IMG/VR virus record: IMGVR_UViG_3300032272_000002
Location: 1-64,000 of that record
Strand: one strand, 5' to 3'
Length of the DNA: 64,000 nt
Source of the DNA: a virus
This document shows, piece after piece, positions 59,279-64,000 of this stretch (position 1 is the stretch's first letter; each line of letters starts with the position of its first letter). The notes below the pieces were generated by a model, which was given only the letters and a program-made list of their open reading frames with translations, was not told the origin of the DNA and ran no database searches. Made by a program: the position numbers and the translations under genes.

Positions 59279-59352
59279 GGGCGATTAGTTAAACGGTATA
59301 ATCTTGGTGTTACATACCAAAGTTGTGGGTTCGATTCCCTCATTGCCTACCA
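59279..59352 (+). tRNA. tRNA-Val(TAC)
   Basis: TTGGT-GTTACAT-ACCAA; CCA. Confidence 0.85.
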
Positions 59353-59710
59353 ATACAGAGATCTTAATATGATGGAATTCAACGAGGTACTTCACTTAGA
59401 TTGCAGTTGTAGTAGTCCCGCACACACATTGCGGTTTTACTATGAAAAGGAAGAAGAGGACTATAAGCCGGAAGATCGGTGGATAGTCGTAGATGTCAAC
59501 TTGCCCAACCATCGCGGATTCTGGAAAAGGCTGTGGTGGTCGATTCGATACACTTTTGGTCATAAAAGCCAATATGGGCCTTTTGACGAATTCGTCATGA
59601 CCAGTAAGAACGCTATTGCTCTCAAAGAGTTCCTAGAAGAGTACTATTCGAACACTAAAGCGTCTGAGTAGATTTTTCTTTTATTATACACCTCCTCCGA
59701 ATTTGATTTT

Positions 59711-60448
59711 ATGAAATATCCCAAGATTCCTTCGACCAGCCTCCAATGCAAGTGGAATCATGGCAAGTTCGAACAGATGTTTGCTCCGACAGCAGACGAG
59801 AACTACATTGGACTGGTACGCTCTCTCCTGGGTGATCTAGGAATGCGTGATTCTGACATGAAGGACGGACCATGGCTCGCTGGTGGAACGTGTCGCCGTC
59901 TACTAGAAGGTCAGCTATATCTAGGAGCGGACTTTGACCTCTTCTTTAAAAACGAAAAACAGAAAAACGAACTGCGGGATTTCATCATTCAACAATATGA
60001 TCCCGAGATTATGTTCGAAAGCGAAAACGCCGTGACGTACAAGGTGCTTTATTACAATCGTATTGTGATTCTGCAACTTATTCACCGCAAGTACTATGAT
60101 ATGCCGTCTGACGTGATCTCCGACTTTGACATCATCGCATGTCAATTCGTCACAAACGGAGAGGTAGTCGTACACGGCACGATGGCACCTGACCAAGTAG
60201 CAAAGCGAATCCTCCGCGTAAGCCCTTCTGTTGTTAACAAAGAATCATTCTCTGCGGTGCATACACTTCGCCGCATGATTAAGATGGGCCAGGACGGATA
60301 TCGCATGGGACAATATCACGTAGGAGAATTCCTAAATCATGTGGTAAAAAACCCGAAGCTCATCAAATATGATACGCCAATGAGCCCTGAGTATGATGAA
60401 AACGGTAATCCGTGTGTTGCCATCAAGATTCCTGGCGTACCATTCTAA
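59711..60448 (+). CDS. Pol-beta superfamily nucleotidyltransferase (CCA-adding head-like)
   Basis: WLAGGTCRR...DFDLFF, then FDIIAC. Confidence 0.7.
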   Translation: MKYPKIPSTSLQCKWNHGKFEQMFAPTADENYIGLVRSLLGDLGMRDSDMKDGPWLAGGTCRRLLEGQLYLGADFDLFFKNEKQKNELRDFIIQQYDPEIMFESENAVTYKVLYYNRIVILQLIHRKYYDMPSDVISDFDIIACQFVTNGEVVVHGTMAPDQVAKRILRVSPSVVNKESFSAVHTLRRMIKMGQDGYRMGQYHVGEFLNHVVKNPKLIKYDTPMSPEYDENGNPCVAIKIPGVPF

Positions 60449-60524
60449 GCTCCTATGATGTAATGGACTAGCATCTCAGTCTTCTAAACTGATCGTCCAG
60501 GTTCGAATCCTGGTAGGAGTACCA
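60449..60524 (+). tRNA. tRNA-Arg(TCT)
   Basis: TCAGT-CTTCTAA-ACTGA; CCA. Confidence 0.92.
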
Positions 60525-60596
60525 CCTCTCAAAAAATACTGAACTGATCCTTGACACACTTTAACTGCTCGACACTATAATCCTACGGAGGTCGTA

Positions 60597-61121
60597 ATGG
60601 ACTCTAATACTACACAACAATATAACCTAGACAACTTTGTAAAAGAAAGCGGATCTCGTTTCCGCATGACCAAAAAGCAGACTGCCCGAGTCGCCTTGAC
60701 CGGAAAATCTGCCGAAGATCGCCAGCGTGTTGCTGGTATGAGTGCCGATGAGGCCGCCGACTTCTTCAATGCCCGTGCATCCAGTGGTAAGCCGCTGGGA
60801 TGGGTTAAAGAAGCCGTCAGCCTCGCAGGCACCTGGACCGATGACATGGCACTAACCCGTGACCGTGCGTTCCAGGAATTTCTGTCGAATGGTGGCCCAA
60901 GCCGTTTGCAGGAGCGAAAGCCCGAAGTTCCCGTCTCTGTTTGGCTCGACTCTGAGCTAACCCTGGACAACTTCGAAGCCAAAACTTTTGCGGCGACCGG
61001 ACACAAGATCCGTTTCCGCATTCGTAAAGAGCAAACTGCACGCGGACTGTCCCGTGCCGAAGCTCTTGCCGAAGTCATCGCACAGACTCGCGAGTCTGTC
61101 AACAACAATCTGGAGAATTAA
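60597..61121 (+). CDS. hypothetical protein with an internal duplication
   Basis: TTGACA/TATAAT promoter and GGAGG Shine-Dalgarno; LDNF...RFR..K.QTAR occurs twice. Confidence 0.7.
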   Translation: MDSNTTQQYNLDNFVKESGSRFRMTKKQTARVALTGKSAEDRQRVAGMSADEAADFFNARASSGKPLGWVKEAVSLAGTWTDDMALTRDRAFQEFLSNGGPSRLQERKPEVPVSVWLDSELTLDNFEAKTFAATGHKIRFRIRKEQTARGLSRAEALAEVIAQTRESVNNNLEN

Positions 61122-61125
61122 TCCT

Positions 61126-61509
61126 ATGGCAATGAACGTAATCGTATTGCAGGGCAACCTAGTTGCCGATCCTACTTTCCACGGCGAAAATGATAGCGTA
61201 GCCCGCTTTACTATCGCCAATAACACCGGCTTTGGCGACAACGCCGAAGTCCACTTCGTTGACTGTGTTGCTTTCGGCAAACAGGTCGAGACGATTCAGA
61301 AATTCCTGACTAAAGGCAAGGAGATCAACATTCGTGGTCGCCTCGTCCAACGTCGCTGGGAAAACGACGAAGGTGAGAAGCGTTCGAAGCTAGAAGTACG
61401 CCTCGAAAATTACGAGGGCTTCTCGTTCACTAGCGGTGGTGCAGGCGGCGGCCAGTCGTCAAACGATGCCGAGCCCGTTGCTGCTGGTGGCGAAAAGAAA
61501 CTTTTCTAG
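61126..61509 (+). CDS. ssb: single-stranded DNA-binding protein
   Basis: MNVIVLQGNLVADP, FVDCVAFGK, KGKEINIRGRL...WE. Confidence 0.92.
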   Translation: MAMNVIVLQGNLVADPTFHGENDSVARFTIANNTGFGDNAEVHFVDCVAFGKQVETIQKFLTKGKEINIRGRLVQRRWENDEGEKRSKLEVRLENYEGFSFTSGGAGGGQSSNDAEPVAAGGEKKLF

Positions 61510-61630
61510 TAACGAAAATATGTAGAGGCCACCTCTTGGTGGTCCGGTTAGGTGCTGGAAATAGGCGTGTTAAAACGTCGGCGTCGGGGGTAGGGGATCC
61601 CTGAACTACATATATATAGAATACAATAGC

Positions 61631-62155
61631 ATGCACACGAAAAAACTCATTATCATTCGAGGCCCTTCGGGCACGGGCAAGTCAACACTGGCTGCTCATT
61701 TGCTAGAACGCCCAGCAATTACCTGGGAAGAGATCCCAGCTACGACATGGCATGAAGCCGACCACTTCTTTATGAAGCTCAACGGTTTTCTGGAGCCAAC
61801 GTATGAATTTGATTACAACAAGCTCTATGCCGCTCATCGCTGGAGCATGTCAAACGTGGAGCGAGACCTCTTCTTGCAGCGTCCGCTCGTTATTGTGTCC
61901 AATACTTCTATGGCCCACAAAGAAGTCAAGCCCTACTTGAGCTTGGCAGAGGAGTACGGTTATGAATACGAAGTCATCCGTACGCCAGGCCCGTGGGATA
62001 TTGACACTCTCGTCGAGCGTAACGCCCATGGTGTTCCGCGAGACATTATCGAACGACAAATCTCACGCTATCAACCTATGACCAGTGAGACCGAATGGTC
62101 TGACCTCACAATCTTTACCAATGGACAACGAAAAATTAGATCCGAAACAAAGTAA
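61631..62155 (+). CDS. P-loop kinase (AAA_33/polynucleotide kinase-like)
   Basis: RGPSGTGKST, EADHFF, IVSNT, RNAHGVP. Confidence 0.85.
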   Translation: MHTKKLIIIRGPSGTGKSTLAAHLLERPAITWEEIPATTWHEADHFFMKLNGFLEPTYEFDYNKLYAAHRWSMSNVERDLFLQRPLVIVSNTSMAHKEVKPYLSLAEEYGYEYEVIRTPGPWDIDTLVERNAHGVPRDIIERQISRYQPMTSETEWSDLTIFTNGQRKIRSETK

Positions 62156-62439
62156 GTGCTTCACCTGTAAGTTCGGTCTCTGCATGATGCAGGAGAACAC
62201 CGCTTATCTAGAGGCGAATTTTCCCATGATGGGGCCGCCGCCCGATCTCTTTGGTCAGCAAGCACCAGAGCCCGAGCTTGATTGGACGGACTCTGAGCCT
62301 GAGCCTGACGAAGATCCCAAGAAGATTGTAGAGAGCCGTATTTGTTCTCTATGTTATTGGGCACCGGCAAACATCAAACTTGAAAGTCCTATTGTGAATT
62401 CTGCTGTTGTAAAAGAGTGTAGTCGATACGAAAAACGAG

Positions 62440-62979
62440 ATGACTAAGACATTTGTAACAAGTGATACCCACTTCAATCACGCCAACATTCTAAAATACT
62501 GTCCCGACAGGGGTTATGCCTCTGTCGAGGACATGAATGCTGACATGATTAAGGTGTGGAATGAGACAGTGGCCGCCGAGGACACCGTTTACTTCCTTGG
62601 TGACTTTGCTATGGGTAAAAAGGAATTCCATCTGGAGTTTCTCAAAGCCCTGAATGGAACCATTCGTTTTGTACCAGGCAATCACGACTACTATATTCGC
62701 AAGCTAAATAAGCGTGGCGAGCTACCTGAGAACGTAGAGATGCTACCACCTATTTATAATCTGAACCAAGACGGTCAGATCTATGTCTTTTGTCACTTCC
62801 CCATCGCTGAGTGGGAGGCCATGACAGGACACGCCAGCGACGGCAGGACGGGGGCTATCCATTATCACGGTCATGTTCATGGCCAGAACGGGGCAGTCAC
62901 GGGGCCTGATCGCTACGACATTGGCTGGGACGTATACGGCAAACCTATTGAACTGCATGTGCCTTATGAAAACATTTGA
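62440..62979 (+). CDS. calcineurin-like phosphoesterase
   Basis: TSDTHFNH, LGDF, GNHD, CHFP, HGHVH. Confidence 0.9.
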   Translation: MTKTFVTSDTHFNHANILKYCPDRGYASVEDMNADMIKVWNETVAAEDTVYFLGDFAMGKKEFHLEFLKALNGTIRFVPGNHDYYIRKLNKRGELPENVEMLPPIYNLNQDGQIYVFCHFPIAEWEAMTGHASDGRTGAIHYHGHVHGQNGAVTGPDRYDIGWDVYGKPIELHVPYENI

Positions 62980-63165
62980 TTTAGTACGTGACGAAGACGC
63001 TTCGGGCGTGAGTGGTGTTGGATGCGTGGCGGAAGGTGTCGAGTTTACTGACGGCACCGTAGCCCTACGTTGGCGAACTAAGATGGCATGCACTGGAGTC
63101 TATGACTCTATCGAGCACGTCGTTGAAATCCACGGGCACGAAGGTAAAACACAAGTAGTATTTAA

Positions 63166-64000
63166 ATGAGAGACCCTATCCTCTTAAAGAAGATCGAGCA
63201 AGAAGTCCAGGCTGGCAATGTTGTTGCCAGTGAGTGGGAGGGTCTAACCGTATATAAGTATACGCAAGAATGTCACCATGAAAATAGATGGAATGATATT
63301 AACAGACAGTGCCGGGGAATCATCCTAGACAAGCATGGACGAGTCTTCGCCCGTCCTTTTTCCAAGTTCTTCAACCTCAACGAAGTCGCGGAGACCATGT
63401 ACGACCAGCTACCGTGGGATTGCGGCGTACAAGTATTCGAGAAATTGGATGGCTCCTGTGGCACCTTGTTTCGCCACCCGCAGCATGGCGTATGCCTATC
63501 CACTCCTGGCAGCATGCAATCTGACCAGGCCAAGATGGGCACCGAGATACTCCGTCGTAGCTCGTGGGGCACTAACTTTATGGCCGACCTACCAGACGAC
63601 TGCACTCCTATCTTCGAGATTATCTATCCCGAAAACCGCATCGTCGTAGACTACCGAGGTCGCGAAGACCTTGTGCTGCTATCTATCTTTCAATTGAACG
63701 GAGAAGAGTGGCATCAGAATAGAGTAGACGCTATTGCTGAGAAGCATGGCATCACCCGCCCTCGCCGCTTCGACCTAGACGTTACTGACATTCAATTCCA
63801 GGACAACGAGGAGGGATACGTGTTCCTCTTCGATAACGGACTGCGTGTCAAGTCTAAGAGTCCAACGTACCTGCGGATTCACAGGCTGCTTAATTACCTG
63901 AGCCCAAAGGGCGTCATTGATCTTATCCGTGGTCATGAGTACAGAACCACGCTGGCCCAATTGCCAGATTCTATTCAGCAGGACTTCGACGACATCAGGG
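63166..64000 (+). CDS. T4 Rnl1-type RNA ligase (truncated by window end; absent from the ORF track)
   Basis: Hand translation: YKYT...CRGIIL...RPFSKFFN...EKLDGS...FEIIYPENRIVVDY...EEGYV. Confidence 0.9.
   Translation, partial: MRDPILLKKIEQEVQAGNVVASEWEGLTVYKYTQECHHENRWNDINRQCRGIILDKHGRVFARPFSKFFNLNEVAETMYDQLPWDCGVQVFEKLDGSCGTLFRHPQHGVCLSTPGSMQSDQAKMGTEILRRSSWGTNFMADLPDDCTPIFEIIYPENRIVVDYRGREDLVLLSIFQLNGEEWHQNRVDAIAEKHGITRPRRFDLDVTDIQFQDNEEGYVFLFDNGLRVKSKSPTYLRIHRLLNYLSPKGVIDLIRGHEYRTTLAQLPDSIQQDFDDIR

Noticed and set aside
1-64000. Genome-wide TAG reassignment (genetic code 15)
   Set aside because: Long genes are intact under code 11, and TAG falls exactly after the C-terminal tag and at the natural ends of ligase, SPFH and SSB.

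Overview
This window looks like a segment of a large tailed-phage genome. It has densely packed small genes, no capsid, terminase or integrase gene, about 30 tRNA or tRNA-like genes, an rIIA-like protein, an ATP-dependent DNA ligase, SSB, an Rnl1-type RNA ligase, a MoxR AAA+/VWA pair, a dCMP deaminase, IscA, SPFH and a phage sigma factor. Layout: 1-2.6 kb minus-strand genes; 2.9-13 kb plus-strand genes; about 13-26 kb a visibly GC-richer, minus-strand early-type region built from repeated promoter/gene/hairpin modules; 27-64 kb plus-strand genes interleaved with tRNAs. Main unexplained signals: (1) 26 unrelated, mostly small proteins end in the same C-terminal heptapeptide, consensus F-E-L-G-G-A-L-stop, encoded by varied synonymous codons, which points to a protein-level tag. 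(2) A CUA amber-suppressor tRNA lies just upstream of a Pth2-like peptidyl-tRNA hydrolase gene and a minigene, both with TAG at codon 3. (3) Twelve copies of a bipartite DNA site with fixed 35-nt spacing punctuate the early region, and a second motif with fixed 20-nt spacing occurs 8 times. (4) A promoter-driven, hairpin-dense non-coding region of about 1.06 kb precedes the tRNA cluster, alongside several aberrant tRNA-like RNAs. All family assignments come from motif recognition by eye; no searches were run.
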